Part shown: positions 11,528 through 22,378 of the stretch, piece after piece | Layout of the letters: each line of letters opens with the position of its first letter | How positions within the stretch are numbered: the stretch's first letter is position 1 | Source: Candidatus Arcticimaribacter sp. | Lineage (GTDB): Bacteria; Bacteroidota; Bacteroidia; Flavobacteriales; Flavobacteriaceae | DNA: 64,000 bases | Assembly (NCBI GenBank): GCA_965662875.1 | Contig: CBFIJA010000002.1 | Span: 5,921-69,920 of the forward strand | Direction: 5' to 3' | The notes under the pieces: generated by a model | Database searches by the model: none | What the model was told of the DNA's origin: nothing | Seen by the model: only the letters and a program-made list of their open reading frames with translations | Program-made: the position numbers and the translations under genes

Positions 11528-12475
11528 CTAGTCTATTATTTGTTCTAAAATTTCAATCACTTTATCGTATTCCATCAAAAAAGCATCGTGCCCAAAATCT
11601 GATGAGATGATGTGGTGGTGTATTTTTCGACCTATCCCCTCTGCTCTCTCCACCGTTTCGTAATCCTCATCCACAGGGAAAAACAAATCACTGTCAATGG
11701 AAAGGATATGAATATCTGCCGAAATTGTTTGAAGCAGCTCTTCAAGAGATTTCCCATCGCTGGTTATGTCTATAGTGCCTAAAATATGGTTCATGTTTTT
11801 ATAGGCTTGCAATGAAAAGCGTTGGGCTAATTTCTCTCCATGATGCGCCATCCACGATTGAACGTTAAACATGTTTTTATCTCCATTCCACGAACGGTTA
11901 AAACGCAATTTAAAGGACTGTGGTGTTCTGTAGCACAACATTGCATGCATACGCGCAATTTCAAGCGGTTGGGGGTTTGTTTCTAAAATTTGCTTTTGAA
12001 GAAAAACATTCGCCAACATCCAATCTGTAGCTTTCCAATCCCCTGAAACAGGAATGAGCTTTTCTGTAATGTTTGGAAATTGAGCAGCCATTTCCCAAGC
12101 AATCCCCGCACCGATAGACCCACCGATTATTGCATAGAGTTTTTCAATCCCCAACAACTGTATTCCATCGTGAAACACTTTAGCAATGTCTTTTGCTGAC
12201 AAAGGTTTGGGTAGATTTACAGCTCCCCCTTCATAGCCGTTTCCCGGAATGTTAAAGGCCAGTACTGCGTACTTCTTTGTATCGATGACTCTGCCCTCTC
12301 CAATAACGCAATTCCACCATCCTGTTTCTCCTGCAACATTTGAATCCCCAGTCAATGGATGATTGATCAAAATGACAGGAGCCTGGGTGTAGGATTGCCC
12401 AAAATGTTGATAGCTAAGTTCTATCCCACTTTGGAGCTTTAAGATTTGCAATACGTTTGTTTTAACCGTTGCCAT
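11528..12475 (-). CDS. metX: homoserine O-acetyltransferase (alpha/beta hydrolase)
   Basis: 315 aa. Nucleophile elbow GGSIGAG, the INHPLTGDSNVAG...WW pattern, and methionine-operon context. Confidence 0.75.
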   Translation of the reverse strand: MATVKTNVLQILKLQSGIELSYQHFGQSYTQAPVILINHPLTGDSNVAGETGWWNCVIGEGRVIDTKKYAVLAFNIPGNGYEGGAVNLPKPLSAKDIAKVFHDGIQLLGIEKLYAIIGGSIGAGIAWEMAAQFPNITEKLIPVSGDWKATDWMLANVFLQKQILETNPQPLEIARMHAMLCYRTPQSFKLRFNRSWNGDKNMFNVQSWMAHHGEKLAQRFSLQAYKNMNHILGTIDITSDGKSLEELLQTISADIHILSIDSDLFFPVDEDYETVERAEGIGRKIHHHIISSDFGHDAFLMEYDKVIEILEQIID

Positions 12476-12495
12476 TTATACCGATTTGATGCAGT

Positions 12496-13752
12496 CTAAA
12501 GATTAAATTTTGCTTTCACCTTTTCTACATGGTCTAACTTTTCCCATGTAAAAAGCTCTACTTCTTTTGTGATTTCTCCGTTGTAAGGAGAATGGAATTT
12601 TTTTGTTACCGTTTCAGGCTGTCTTCCCATATGACCGTAAGCAGCCGTTTCCGTATAAATTGGGTTACGAAGTTTTAGGCGTTGCTCTATGGCGTAAGGA
12701 GTTAAATCAAATAGGTCATGCACTTGATTCGCAATTTCGCCATCAGTTAGCTGAACTTTAGCTGTTCCGTAAGTGTTTACAGCAATAGAGGTAGGCTTGG
12801 CTACTCCAATAGCGTAGCTGAGTTGTACTACAATCTCGTCAGCTACGCCTGCAGCGACAAGGTTTTTGGCAATATGGCGTGCCGCATAGGCTGCGCTTCG
12901 GTCTACTTTACTAGGATCTTTTCCACTAAAAGCACCACCACCGTGGCCGCCTTTCCCGCCATAGGTATCGACAATTATTTTTCTTCCAGTCAGTCCTGTA
13001 TCCCCATGGGGTCCTCCAATAACGAATTTCCCTGTCGGATTTACGTGATAGGTAATGTTCTCATCGAAAAGTGCCTGAATGTCCTTCGACAATTTGTTTT
13101 TCACCCTTGGAATTAGGATCTCGATTACATCTTCTTTGATCTTTGCGAGCATGGCTTGGTCGTCTTGATCAAAAGCATCGTGCTGAGTGGATAAGACAAT
13201 GGTATCAATGCGAACAGGTTTACCCGCTTCGTTGTATTCTAGTGTTACCTGGGATTTAGCATCTGGACGCAAATAACGCACCGCTTTATTTTCTCTACGC
13301 AAAGCAGCCAGTTCTATGAGTAGTTTATGTGAAAGATCCAATGCCAAAGGCATATAGTTTTCCGTTTCGCTAGAAGCATAGCCAAACATGATTCCTTGAT
13401 CCCCAGCTCCTTGACTTTCTTTACTTTCACGATCTACCCCTTGGTTGATGTCTTGTGACTGTTCATGAATCAAGGAAATTACCCCACAAGAATCTCCACT
13501 AAATTGATATTCGCCCTTGGTATACCCAATGGTATTAATGGTGTCACGTGCGATTTGTTGCACGTCTAAATAGGTATTGCTTTTTACTTCCCCTGCTAAA
13601 ACTACCTGACCTGTGGTAACCAGAGTTTCACATGCTACTTTACTTTCGGGATCAAAAGCTAGAAAATTATCCAATAATGCATCACTAATCTGATCCGAAA
13701 CTTTATCGGGATGTCCTTCGCTAACGGACTCTGAGGTAAAAAAATATGACAT
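12496..13752 (-). CDS. metK: S-adenosylmethionine synthetase
   Basis: 418 aa. [25 protein letters not shown] and [16 protein letters not shown] are canonical MetK motifs. Confidence 0.95.
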   Translation of the reverse strand: MSYFFTSESVSEGHPDKVSDQISDALLDNFLAFDPESKVACETLVTTGQVVLAGEVKSNTYLDVQQIARDTINTIGYTKGEYQFSGDSCGVISLIHEQSQDINQGVDRESKESQGAGDQGIMFGYASSETENYMPLALDLSHKLLIELAALRRENKAVRYLRPDAKSQVTLEYNEAGKPVRIDTIVLSTQHDAFDQDDQAMLAKIKEDVIEILIPRVKNKLSKDIQALFDENITYHVNPTGKFVIGGPHGDTGLTGRKIIVDTYGGKGGHGGGAFSGKDPSKVDRSAAYAARHIAKNLVAAGVADEIVVQLSYAIGVAKPTSIAVNTYGTAKVQLTDGEIANQVHDLFDLTPYAIEQRLKLRNPIYTETAAYGHMGRQPETVTKKFHSPYNGEITKEVELFTWEKLDHVEKVKAKFNL

Positions 13753-13860
13753 TTAAATAAGTTGCTTTGGGGAAGGATTTGATGATACATCTTGAAAGCA
13801 ACACTGCTTTAGCATTTTTTTTTCGAGGTTTGCAATCAGTCAAATCCTTCCTCGTTTGTG
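13753..13860 (-). promoter_or_regulatory. structured 5' leader of the metK operon (candidate SAM-responsive riboswitch, class unassigned)
   Basis: RNA GGAAGGAUUUGA (13782-13771) and UCAAAUCCUUCC can form a 12-bp helix. An inner hairpin is AAAGCA-GUGU-UGCUUU. GUUGCUUU can instead pair with AAAGCAAC just upstream of the AUG. Confidence 0.4.
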
Positions 13861-13864
13861 GTTA

Positions 13865-13872
13865 CAAATTTA
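13865..13872 (-). promoter_or_regulatory. Bacteroidetes -7 box TAAATTTG for the metK operon
   Basis: Exact TAnnTTTG on the minus strand. A TTTG lies 20 nt further upstream (GTTTTGCC). Confidence 0.45.
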
Positions 13873-13999
13873 AAGCCTTTATCCCATTTGGCAAAACTTT
13901 AGCTGAAAGAAAAAACTTTTTTACGTTGGGCCTTTCCTTTCATCTTAATAAAAATGATAGTATTTTAGTGCTTGTAGATTTGAAAATACTATAATCATT

Positions 14000-14617
14000 A
14001 TGCACATTGCCATTGCAGGAAACATCGGCTCCGGTAAAACCAGTTTAACAGAATCATTGTCCAAGCATTACAAATGGAATGCACATTATGAGGAAGTATT
14101 AGAAAACCCTTATTTAGATGACTTTTACCATCAGATGGAACGCTGGTCTTTTAACCTTCAAGTGTATTTTCTAAAAAGTCGTTTTGGTCAATTATTGGAA
14201 ATCCAAAAAAGCAATGCGAATATCATTCAAGACAGAACGATCTATGAAGATGCTTATATTTTCGCTCCCAACCTCCACGCCATGGGATTAATGTCTCAGC
14301 GCGATTTTCAAAACTACTCTTCTTTATTTGAATTGATGCAAACCTTGGTAAAGGGTCCAGACCTTATGATCTACCTTAGAAGCAGCATTCCCAATCTGGT
14401 GAAGAACATTCATAAACGCGGAAGGGAATTTGAAAACTCAATCAGCATAGAATACCTCAGCCGATTAAATGAACGTTATGAAGCTTGGATTGAAGGCTAT
14501 ACGCACGGAAAACTACTCATCATTGATGTTGACGAGGTAAACTTTGTCGACAATCAGGAAGATTTGGGCACCATTATCGAACGTATTGATTCTGAAATCA
14601 ACGGTTTATTTGAATAA
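14000..14617 (+). CDS. deoxynucleoside kinase
   Basis: 205 aa. P-loop IAGNIGSGKTS and the dNK-family pattern (ERS-like FNLQVYFL, DR-IYED). Confidence 0.85.
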   Translation: MHIAIAGNIGSGKTSLTESLSKHYKWNAHYEEVLENPYLDDFYHQMERWSFNLQVYFLKSRFGQLLEIQKSNANIIQDRTIYEDAYIFAPNLHAMGLMSQRDFQNYSSLFELMQTLVKGPDLMIYLRSSIPNLVKNIHKRGREFENSISIEYLSRLNERYEAWIEGYTHGKLLIIDVDEVNFVDNQEDLGTIIERIDSEINGLFE

Positions 14618-14620
14618 AAA

Positions 14621-14650
14621 AAGGCCAGCAATGGCTGACCTTTTTGTTTT
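14621..14650. terminator. bidirectional intrinsic terminator between the dNK gene and hppA
   Basis: Imperfect hairpin AGGCCAGC-AAT-GGCTGACCT, flanked by an A-run upstream and a T-run downstream. Confidence 0.55.
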
Positions 14651-14674
14651 ATTAAACAACTCTAAGTATCTATA

Positions 14675-17044
14675 CTATTTGTCTTTACTTAGATTTACCT
14701 CTACATCACTCATTTCTTTTAAGGCAGCTTCTACTTCTTCTTGAGTTCCGGAAATCACTTTTTCTTCTACAACCGATTCACCATTTTCAAAGGTTGTTTT
14801 CTCAATCGTTGCTTCCATCAATCCATCTTCTGAGGCTTGAACTTCAACACGGATTTCTTTTTTTACTTCTTGCGAAGAACTAGCGTCAGTAGCGTGACCT
14901 GCACCTAAGAGTGGAGCAATCACAAGGCCAACCAAGCAAGTAAGCTTTATCAATATATTCATGGAAGGACCAGAAGTGTCTTTAAACGGATCCCCAACAG
15001 TATCTCCTGTTACAGCAGCTTTATGTGCGTCTGATCCTTTAAATGTCATTTCTCCATTTATCTCAACTCCTGCTTCAAAAGATTTTTTAGCGTTGTCCCA
15101 AGCTCCACCAGCATTGTTTTGGAAGATGGCCCACATAACTCCGCTTACACATACCCCTGCCATATACCCCCCGAGTGGCTCTGCACCAAAGAAAAGACCA
15201 ATGATGATTGGTGTAATGATGGTGATTAAACCGGGTAAAAGCATTTCTTTTAAGGCCGCTTTGGTAGAAATATCAACACATTTTGCGTATTCAGGCGTTC
15301 CCTTTCCTTCCATGATTCCAGGAATTTCACGGAATTGTCGACGCACTTCTTCCACCATTTCCATCGCAGCTTTTCCAACAGATTCCATTGCCAAAGCAGA
15401 GAATACAACGGGGATCATTGCCCCGACAAACAACATGGCTAAAACATCTGCTTTAAAAATATTGATCCCATCAATTCCTGTAAACGTAACGTAGGCAGCA
15501 AATAATGCCAAAGCGGTTAATGCGGCAGATGCAATGGCAAATCCTTTTCCTACTGCAGCCGTAGTATTTCCTACAGAATCTAAAATATCTGTACGTTCTC
15601 TAACTTCAGGTGCTAGTTCACTCATTTCAGCTACACCTCCTGCATTATCAGCAATAGGACCAAAAGCATCAATGGCCAACTGCATTGCTGTAGTAGCCAT
15701 CATGGCGGATGCAGCAAGTGCTACCCCGTAAAACCCTGCAAGGGCATACGATCCAAATATTGCTGCAGCAAACAAAATCACTGACAAGAAAGTAGATTTC
15801 ATTCCAACCGCTAAACCGGCGATAATATTGGTAGCAGCTCCAGTAGAACTATTTTGGACGATGTCCAAAACAGGTTTCTTTCCTAAACTTGTATAATATG
15901 ACGTAACAGAAGAAATCAACGCACCAACTGCCAAACCAATACAGGCTGCGTAAAATACATTCATCGCAGGTATGGCTTTACTTCCTTCTCCAAAGAAATT
16001 CATTGTCAGCGTTTCAGGCAACATCCATCGAATTAAGAAAAAACTTGCAACTAATGTAATGGCTATAGACATCCAGTTTCCTAAATCTAGAGCTGCTTGC
16101 ACCTTTGCTTCTTTCGCATCATTGCTTGAAATCTTTACAAAGAAAGTTCCAATAATGGACGCCAAAATACCAACCCCTGCAATAACCACAGGTAGTAAAA
16201 TAGGTCCCATATTATTAAAAGCATCTGTATATTGTTCATTGACGGACATGTCTCTAATGACATAATTCCCAAGAACCATTGCTGCAAGAACAGTAGCTAC
16301 ATAAGAACCAAACAAATCTGCACCCATTCCGGCAACATCTCCAACATTATCCCCTACGTTATCTGCAATCGTAGCGGGGTTACGGGGATCATCTTCTGGA
16401 ATACCGGCTTCTACTTTCCCTACCAGGTCTGCACCTACATCTGCCGCTTTGGTATATATTCCACCGCCTACACGGGCGAAAAGTGCAATGGATTCTGCAC
16501 CAAGAGAAAAGCCTGCAAGGGTTTCCAACACAATTGTCATGTTGGTATAAAACGTTCCTTCTTGCCCCATAAATTGCCCTACAAAGAACATAAAGAACAA
16601 GGTCAATCCAAGTACTGCCAAACCGGCAACACCGAGTCCCATAACAGTACCTCCACCAAAAGACACTTGAAGTGCTTTTGGTAAACTTGTTTTTGCGGCT
16701 TCCGCAGTTCTAGCGTTGGCTTCCGTCGCAATTCTCATTCCAATATTTCCGGCAAAGGCAGAAAATACCGCTCCAAAGATAAATGCGGGAACTATCATCC
16801 AACTGGTTGTTTCTACTGCCAAAGAGATTCCGTACAAGGCAGCAGAAGCTACCACTACAAAAATCAATAGCAAACGGTACTCTGCATTTAGAAATGCAAG
16901 TGCTCCTTCTTTAATCGCAGTTGAGATCTCAACCATTCGTTCATTGCCAGCATCTTGCTTACGTACCCAATTGGCACGAATTAACATGTAAATTAACCCT
17001 ACCAATGAGAGTACTAAAGGGACATAAATGATATTAGTTTCCAT
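14675..17044 (-). CDS. hppA: membrane-integral pyrophosphatase (H+/Na+-translocating) with a C-terminal acidic tail
   Basis: 789 aa, polytopic. Motifs [27 protein letters not shown] and [10 protein letters not shown]. Confidence 0.92.
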   Translation of the reverse strand: METNIIYVPLVLSLVGLIYMLIRANWVRKQDAGNERMVEISTAIKEGALAFLNAEYRLLLIFVVVASAALYGISLAVETTSWMIVPAFIFGAVFSAFAGNIGMRIATEANARTAEAAKTSLPKALQVSFGGGTVMGLGVAGLAVLGLTLFFMFFVGQFMGQEGTFYTNMTIVLETLAGFSLGAESIALFARVGGGIYTKAADVGADLVGKVEAGIPEDDPRNPATIADNVGDNVGDVAGMGADLFGSYVATVLAAMVLGNYVIRDMSVNEQYTDAFNNMGPILLPVVIAGVGILASIIGTFFVKISSNDAKEAKVQAALDLGNWMSIAITLVASFFLIRWMLPETLTMNFFGEGSKAIPAMNVFYAACIGLAVGALISSVTSYYTSLGKKPVLDIVQNSSTGAATNIIAGLAVGMKSTFLSVILFAAAIFGSYALAGFYGVALAASAMMATTAMQLAIDAFGPIADNAGGVAEMSELAPEVRERTDILDSVGNTTAAVGKGFAIASAALTALALFAAYVTFTGIDGINIFKADVLAMLFVGAMIPVVFSALAMESVGKAAMEMVEEVRRQFREIPGIMEGKGTPEYAKCVDISTKAALKEMLLPGLITIITPIIIGLFFGAEPLGGYMAGVCVSGVMWAIFQNNAGGAWDNAKKSFEAGVEINGEMTFKGSDAHKAAVTGDTVGDPFKDTSGPSMNILIKLTCLVGLVIAPLLGAGHATDASSSQEVKKEIRVEVQASEDGLMEATIEKTTFENGESVVEEKVISGTQEEVEAALKEMSDVEVNLSKDK

Positions 17045-17086
17045 AAAATTTCTAGTTAATAATCAGAAAATCAAACACTGAATTTC

Positions 17087-18070
17087 TTATTTTTTTTGGT
17101 ACATTACTTTTTTGACAGACTTCACTACATCTTGGCTGTTGGGCAACCACTCTTCTAAAAGTACTGGAGAGAAAGGTGCAGGTGTATCTGCTGTATTTAT
17201 TTTTTCGACAGGGGCATCTAGGTAGTCAAACAACTCGTTTTGCACTTGAAAGGTGATTTCTGTAGCCACATTTCCAAATGGCCATGCTTCTTCAAGAATC
17301 ACAAGACGATTGGTCTTTTTCACGGATTCAAAAACAGTAGCATAGTCCAAGGGACGAACGGTTCTAAGGTCAATAATTTCGCATTGAATGCCTTCTTTTT
17401 CCAGAACTTCAGCTGCTTTAAATGCCTCTTTGATGATTTTTCCGAAGGATACGATAGTTACATCATCGCCTTTACGCTTTACATCTGCAACTCCTATAGG
17501 AAGGATGTACTCTTCTTCTGGCACTTCTCCTTTATCGCCATACATCTGTTCTGATTCCATAAAAATCACGGGATCATCATCACGGATGGCTGCTTTTAAG
17601 AGTCCTTTAGCATCGTATGGATTTGAAGGCACAATCACTTTTAGACCGGGACAATTGGCGTACCAGCTTTCAAAGGCCTGAGAGTGGGTCGCAGCCAACT
17701 GACCAGCAGAAGCGGTTGGACCTCTAAAGACGATTGGGCAAGGAAATTGACCTCCAGACATTTGTCTGATCTTTGCGGCATTGTTGATGATCTGATCGAT
17801 TCCGACCAAAGCAAAGTTAAAGGTCATGAATTCAATGATCGGACGATTTCCAGTCATGGTAGACCCTACACCAATTCCTGCAAAGCCCAATTCAGATATA
17901 GGAGTATCTAAAACACGCTTTTCTCCAAATTCATCCAGCATTCCTTTTGAGGCTTTGTATGCTCCATTGTATTCAGCTACTTCTTCCCCCATGAGATATA
18001 TACTCTCGTCTCGGCGCATTTCCTCTGACATGGCTTGTGCAATGGCCTCTCTAAATTGAATGGTTTTCAT
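17087..18070 (-). CDS. pdhB: pyruvate/2-oxoacid dehydrogenase E1 component beta subunit
   Basis: 327 aa. Transketolase-like pyrimidine-binding and C-terminal domains (VLDTPISELGFAG, RPLD). Confidence 0.8.
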   Translation of the reverse strand: MKTIQFREAIAQAMSEEMRRDESIYLMGEEVAEYNGAYKASKGMLDEFGEKRVLDTPISELGFAGIGVGSTMTGNRPIIEFMTFNFALVGIDQIINNAAKIRQMSGGQFPCPIVFRGPTASAGQLAATHSQAFESWYANCPGLKVIVPSNPYDAKGLLKAAIRDDDPVIFMESEQMYGDKGEVPEEEYILPIGVADVKRKGDDVTIVSFGKIIKEAFKAAEVLEKEGIQCEIIDLRTVRPLDYATVFESVKKTNRLVILEEAWPFGNVATEITFQVQNELFDYLDAPVEKINTADTPAPFSPVLLEEWLPNSQDVVKSVKKVMYQKK

Positions 18071-18243
18071 GTGTTATTAGTTCAAATCGACTGCAAATTT
18101 AAAATTTTCGACGGACTTAATTTCATTTTTCGAAACTTTTCGTTTTATAAAATTGAGGCTGCTGGATTCTATTTCATTGAACTTATAATTTTAGACAAAA
18201 AACATCAACCAAAAACAGTATCTTTGGTTTAAGGAATTTAGAC

Positions 18244-18864
18244 ATGGTTTTGGTAGAACTCTCCATAAGCGGCATCTCATACAGTCAAGCGCAGACCGGT
18301 GCCTACGCACTTATTTTAACGGAAAAAAAAGGGGTGCGAAATTTACCCATCATCATTGGATCATTTGAAGCACAGTCCATTGCCATAGGATTGGAGAAAG
18401 AAATCAATCCTCCACGGCCTTTGACCCATGATTTATTAAAAAATTGTTTTGATCGGTTTGATGTTCACGTCAAGCAAGTGATCATTCACAAATTGGTTGA
18501 CGGAGTATTTTATTCCAGTTTAATCTGTGAACGAGACGAAATAGAGGAAATTATCGATGCCAGAACATCAGACGCTGTAGCCCTTGCCATTCGTTATCAA
18601 GCGCCTATTTTTACCTATGAAAATATCCTTGCAAAAGCTGGGTATACAAAAGAACCGGGGTCCGATAAAAAAAATCCAGAAAAAGAAGATTGGATTAAGA
18701 CCTTTATAGAAGAACAAAAACCTTTAAAAAACATTCCTGCAGACCTTAGCAGTGTGAGCACTGGAGAATTAACCAAACTGTTGGAAAAATTGGTGAAAAG
18801 CGAAGATTACGAAGCCGCAGTGAGAGTACGTGATGAATTGACTAAACGTGAAAATTCAAAATAA
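18244..18864 (+). CDS. bifunctional nuclease (DUF151) family protein with a C-terminal UVR motif
   Basis: 206 aa. LPIIIGSFEAQSIA...RPLTHDL...IDARTSDAVALA, plus the UVR-like EDYEAAVRVRDEL. Confidence 0.7.
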   Translation: MVLVELSISGISYSQAQTGAYALILTEKKGVRNLPIIIGSFEAQSIAIGLEKEINPPRPLTHDLLKNCFDRFDVHVKQVIIHKLVDGVFYSSLICERDEIEEIIDARTSDAVALAIRYQAPIFTYENILAKAGYTKEPGSDKKNPEKEDWIKTFIEEQKPLKNIPADLSSVSTGELTKLLEKLVKSEDYEAAVRVRDELTKRENSK

Positions 18865-18949
18865 TTATCAACGACCGGATTGAATAACTATTTGAAAATT
18901 TGACGCTTCCGCCCTTCTACATTTTTTACTTTTACAAAAAGCCATTTAG

Positions 18950-19774
18950 ATGAAACAATACCTAGATCTAATACGTCACATTCAAGAAAACGGAGTAGAA
19001 AAAACAGATCGTACCGGAACCGGGACCAAGAGTGTGTTTGGTTACCAAATGCGATTTGATCTTAGCAAGGGTTTTCCTATGGTGACGACTAAAAAACTCC
19101 ATTTAAAATCGATCATCCATGAGCTATTATGGTTTTTAAAAGGAGACACCAATATTGAATATCTTAAACAAAACGGGGTTAGAATCTGGAACGAATGGGC
19201 CGATGAAAACGGTAATTTAGGTCCCGTTTATGGATATCAATGGAGAAATTGGAATGGCGAGGAAATTGACCAAATCAAAGCTATTTTACACAGCTTAAAA
19301 ACCAATCCAGACAGCAGAAGAATGTTGGTTTCCGCATGGAATCCTAGCGTACTTCCTGATACTTCAAAAAGTTTTGCGGAAAATGTTGCCAACAACAAAG
19401 CGGCTTTGCCCCCTTGTCACGCTTTCTTTCAATTTTATGTAGCTGACGGAAAATTATCTTGTCAGCTCTATCAAAGAAGTGCAGACGTTTTTCTTGGCGT
19501 TCCTTTCAATATTGCTTCTTATGCCCTGCTCACCCTCATGATGGCACAAGTTTGTGCATTAGAAGCAGGAGAATTTATTCATACCCTCGGAGATGCTCAT
19601 ATTTATGCAAACCACAAAGAACAAATAGAACTTCAACTAACGCGGGAGCCTAAAAGTCTTCCAAGCATGAAAATGAATCCGGAAATAAAAGACTTATTCG
19701 CCTTCACCTACGATGATTTTGAATTGATGGATTATCATCCGCACCCCTTGATTAAAGGAGCGGTTTCAGTCTAA
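18950..19774 (+). CDS. thyA: thymidylate synthase
   Basis: 274 aa. DRTGTGT, the LPPCH active-site Cys and DAHIYANH. Confidence 0.95.
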   Translation: MKQYLDLIRHIQENGVEKTDRTGTGTKSVFGYQMRFDLSKGFPMVTTKKLHLKSIIHELLWFLKGDTNIEYLKQNGVRIWNEWADENGNLGPVYGYQWRNWNGEEIDQIKAILHSLKTNPDSRRMLVSAWNPSVLPDTSKSFAENVANNKAALPPCHAFFQFYVADGKLSCQLYQRSADVFLGVPFNIASYALLTLMMAQVCALEAGEFIHTLGDAHIYANHKEQIELQLTREPKSLPSMKMNPEIKDLFAFTYDDFELMDYHPHPLIKGAVSV

Positions 19775-20805
19775 TCCAATTGTGATAAAATCGCGATAAA
19801 AGCATCTACATCAGATATAGTATTGTAGTGATGAACCCCAATGCGTACTCCCTTTCCGCGTTGTATACAATCCACTTTGTTTTTCAACAATTCGCGATAG
19901 GCTGTTTCGTTTAGACTTAAATTATAAAAAGAGGCGTGTTGTTTCCTTTTTGCAGCAAAAGCAGGCAATCTGTCAAGGTCTTTCAATTGACTGCAAAGGT
20001 ATTCATTGACTTGTTTTTTTTGGTGCATTAAAGCTTCAAAACCTGAGGTCTCTATTTGATGAAGTGCTGTCCTAAGCGCTGCTATACTCTGAAGTGCCAA
20101 ATGCCCACGATCGTATCTGTCGTCAAAAGCATTGGGATTTATACCTAGGGCTGAAAATACAGAAGAACGAATACAAGCCAGCCCGGTGCCATACCCTGCC
20201 AAAAACCATTTGTAAGTACTCGCAAAAATAGCATCTGCAACGCAATCATCACACGAATACTGCTCTGCAGCTAGAAACTGCGTCCCATCTAGAAGAATTA
20301 AAACCTCTGGGTATAGCACTTTTATTTTTTTCAACACCTCCAAGTCAAAATACAAGCCTGAGGCGTATTGTACAACACTAAATGCCAACACCTGATAGTT
20401 TTCTTCAGCCAGTTTCTTGATCAACTGTTCCTCTACATTAATGGTGATTTTAAGGGTGTCAGAATTAAACCCATGGTCTGCAACCAAGGTGCTTAGAGAA
20501 GGATAATCGTCTTCGAGAAGCAGGAATTTATAGGTTTTGGGAAGCGCAAAAAGAAAGTTTGAAAACCCACTTGAAAAGCTTTGTGTCAGGTAAACACGCG
20601 CTTTTTTGGCATCTAAAAATTCACCTAATGCTTTTTCGGTTTCTGTTTGAAATGTAGAGATGTATTGTTTCTTGTACGCATCTCCACTTGAAAAATAGCG
20701 CTCCAATTGTTGGTCAATAGCTGCTTTTACAGGAGTAGACAACAAGCCTGTATACGGAGTGTTTAAATAAATTCTCTCCTCCAAGATTGGAAATTGTTCT
20801 CTCAC
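19771..20805 (-). CDS. class V-fold PLP-dependent aminotransferase / desulfurase-like protein
   Basis: 344 aa. Weak class V aminotransferase resemblance (ASTYKW Lys region). Function unclear. Confidence 0.6.
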   Translation of the reverse strand: MREQFPILEERIYLNTPYTGLLSTPVKAAIDQQLERYFSSGDAYKKQYISTFQTETEKALGEFLDAKKARVYLTQSFSSGFSNFLFALPKTYKFLLLEDDYPSLSTLVADHGFNSDTLKITINVEEQLIKKLAEENYQVLAFSVVQYASGLYFDLEVLKKIKVLYPEVLILLDGTQFLAAEQYSCDDCVADAIFASTYKWFLAGYGTGLACIRSSVFSALGINPNAFDDRYDRGHLALQSIAALRTALHQIETSGFEALMHQKKQVNEYLCSQLKDLDRLPAFAAKRKQHASFYNLSLNETAYRELLKNKVDCIQRGKGVRIGVHHYNTISDVDAFIAILSQLD

Positions 20806-20992
20806 GTTAGTTGTTTTACTAAAGTTACAAAAACCTATGCAAGGCTTTTCAAAAAAGTAAGAGCAAGTCCCATATTAAATTTTATTTTTGCAATAGAAAT
20901 TAGAATTACAGCTCTTGACTGCGCAAATTATCCGAAAGAAAAACGAAGCCTTGCTTCTAGAAAAAGACGAATCGATAAAAATCTCAAATAAT

Positions 20993-21496
20993 ATGCCCAC
21001 ACAACGTACTCTGACTATGATTGCTGCTGCGGCAGAAAACAATGCTCTTGGCAAAGACAATGATTTAATATGGCATATCTCTGAAGATTTGAAACGGTTC
21101 AAGCGCTTGACTACCGGTCATGCCATCATCATGGGAAGAAAAACTTTTGAGTCGATGCCAAAAGCTTTACCCAACCGGACAAACATTGTATTGACCCAAA
21201 AGAAAGACTATACTGCTGAAGGGGCAGAAGTAGTGCATACCCTAGAGGACGCCCTTGCTTTGGTCAAAAATGACATGCAGCCTTTTATTATAGGAGGGGG
21301 GCAAATTTATTCTCTTTTTATGCCCCTTTGTGATCGAATAGAGCTGACGCGGGTACATCATGAATTTGATGCCGATGTGTTTTTTCCCGAAATAGATACG
21401 ACAGCTTTTGAAATTATTTCAGAAGAACGTATTGAACAATCCGAAAACCAACCATACAATTACACTTATTTAACGTACCAAAAAATAAAAAAATGA
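20993..21496 (+). CDS. folA: dihydrofolate reductase
   Basis: IAAAAENNALGKDNDLIWH...DLKRFK..T.GH.IIMGRKTFES is a canonical DHFR N-terminus. Start moved to ATG 20993 (ATG 21017 is also possible) from the ORF-track start at 20915. Confidence 0.85.
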   Translation: MPTQRTLTMIAAAAENNALGKDNDLIWHISEDLKRFKRLTTGHAIIMGRKTFESMPKALPNRTNIVLTQKKDYTAEGAEVVHTLEDALALVKNDMQPFIIGGGQIYSLFMPLCDRIELTRVHHEFDADVFFPEIDTTAFEIISEERIEQSENQPYNYTYLTYQKIKK

Positions 21497-22374
21497 AAGC
21501 CTTTATTTTTCCTGGCCAAGGGGCCCAATTCCCTGGAATGGGACAAGACTTATACGAATCTTCTTCCGTAGCCAAAGCACTTTTTGACACTGCAGATGAT
21601 ATCTTGGGATTTAAAATTACAGCGGTAATGTTTGGAGAAGATGCAGAAGCACTAAAACAAACGCAGGTAACCCAACCGGCTATTTTTCTACATTCTGTAA
21701 TCTTAAGCAAATGCCTTGGGGAAGAATTTCAGCCCAATGCTGTAGCGGGTCATTCATTAGGGGAGTTCTCTGCCTTGGTTGCAGCAAACTCACTTTCCTT
21801 TGAAGATGGTTTGCGTTTGGTTCATCAAAGAGCTTTGGCAATGCAAACGGCTTGTGACCAAGTTCCTGGGACCATGGCTGCTGTTTTAGGCTTGGAAGAT
21901 GCGCAAGTAGAAGAGGTATGCAAAAACACGCCCGGTACAGTAGTAGCAGCAAATTATAATTGTCCTGGTCAGTTGGTTATTTCAGGGGAGAAAAATGCTA
22001 TTGCAACAGCTTGTGAAGGCATGAAAGAAGCGGGTGCAAGAAGAGCCCTTCCCTTGCCTGTAGGAGGCGCATTCCACTCGCCTTTAATGGAGCCTGCTCG
22101 GGAACAATTGGCAGAAGCCATCTCCAAAACTCCCTTTAAAAACCCCATTTGCCCCGTTTATCAAAACGTGGTAGCAAAAGGAATCAGCACTAAAGAAGAC
22201 ATTCAAAAAAATCTAATTGCGCAATTGACTGCACCCGTTAGGTGGACGCAAAGTGTACAACAAATGGCGCAAGATGGCGTTACTGATTTTATAGAACTAG
22301 GTCCAGGAAAGGTGCTTCAAGGGTTGGTCAAAAAAATTGATCGCTCTCTGAATACGACTTCCGGAAGTCTTTAA
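21493..22374 (+). CDS. fabD: malonyl-CoA:ACP transacylase
   Basis: 293 aa. FPGQGAQ, the GHSLGEFSA active-site Ser, and GGAFHS. Confidence 0.92.
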   Translation: MKAFIFPGQGAQFPGMGQDLYESSSVAKALFDTADDILGFKITAVMFGEDAEALKQTQVTQPAIFLHSVILSKCLGEEFQPNAVAGHSLGEFSALVAANSLSFEDGLRLVHQRALAMQTACDQVPGTMAAVLGLEDAQVEEVCKNTPGTVVAANYNCPGQLVISGEKNAIATACEGMKEAGARRALPLPVGGAFHSPLMEPAREQLAEAISKTPFKNPICPVYQNVVAKGISTKEDIQKNLIAQLTAPVRWTQSVQQMAQDGVTDFIELGPGKVLQGLVKKIDRSLNTTSGSL

Positions 22375-22378
22375 GCCC

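Noticed and set aside
13767-13994. 75-aa ORF in the metK upstream region.
   Set aside because: It lies antisense to the metK promoter and leader, has low-complexity composition and no motifs. The region is better explained as promoter plus structured leader.
14961-16991. Multiple antisense ORFs inside long genes. Examples: 14961..15494, 16232..16684 and 16716..16991 in hppA; 9341..9910 and 10223..10558 in the met genes; 56430..56789 in gltB; 58931..59347 in gltD; 37317..37685 in the Cas9-like gene.
   Set aside because: They are shadow ORFs opposite strongly supported genes, with no independent motifs or expression signals.
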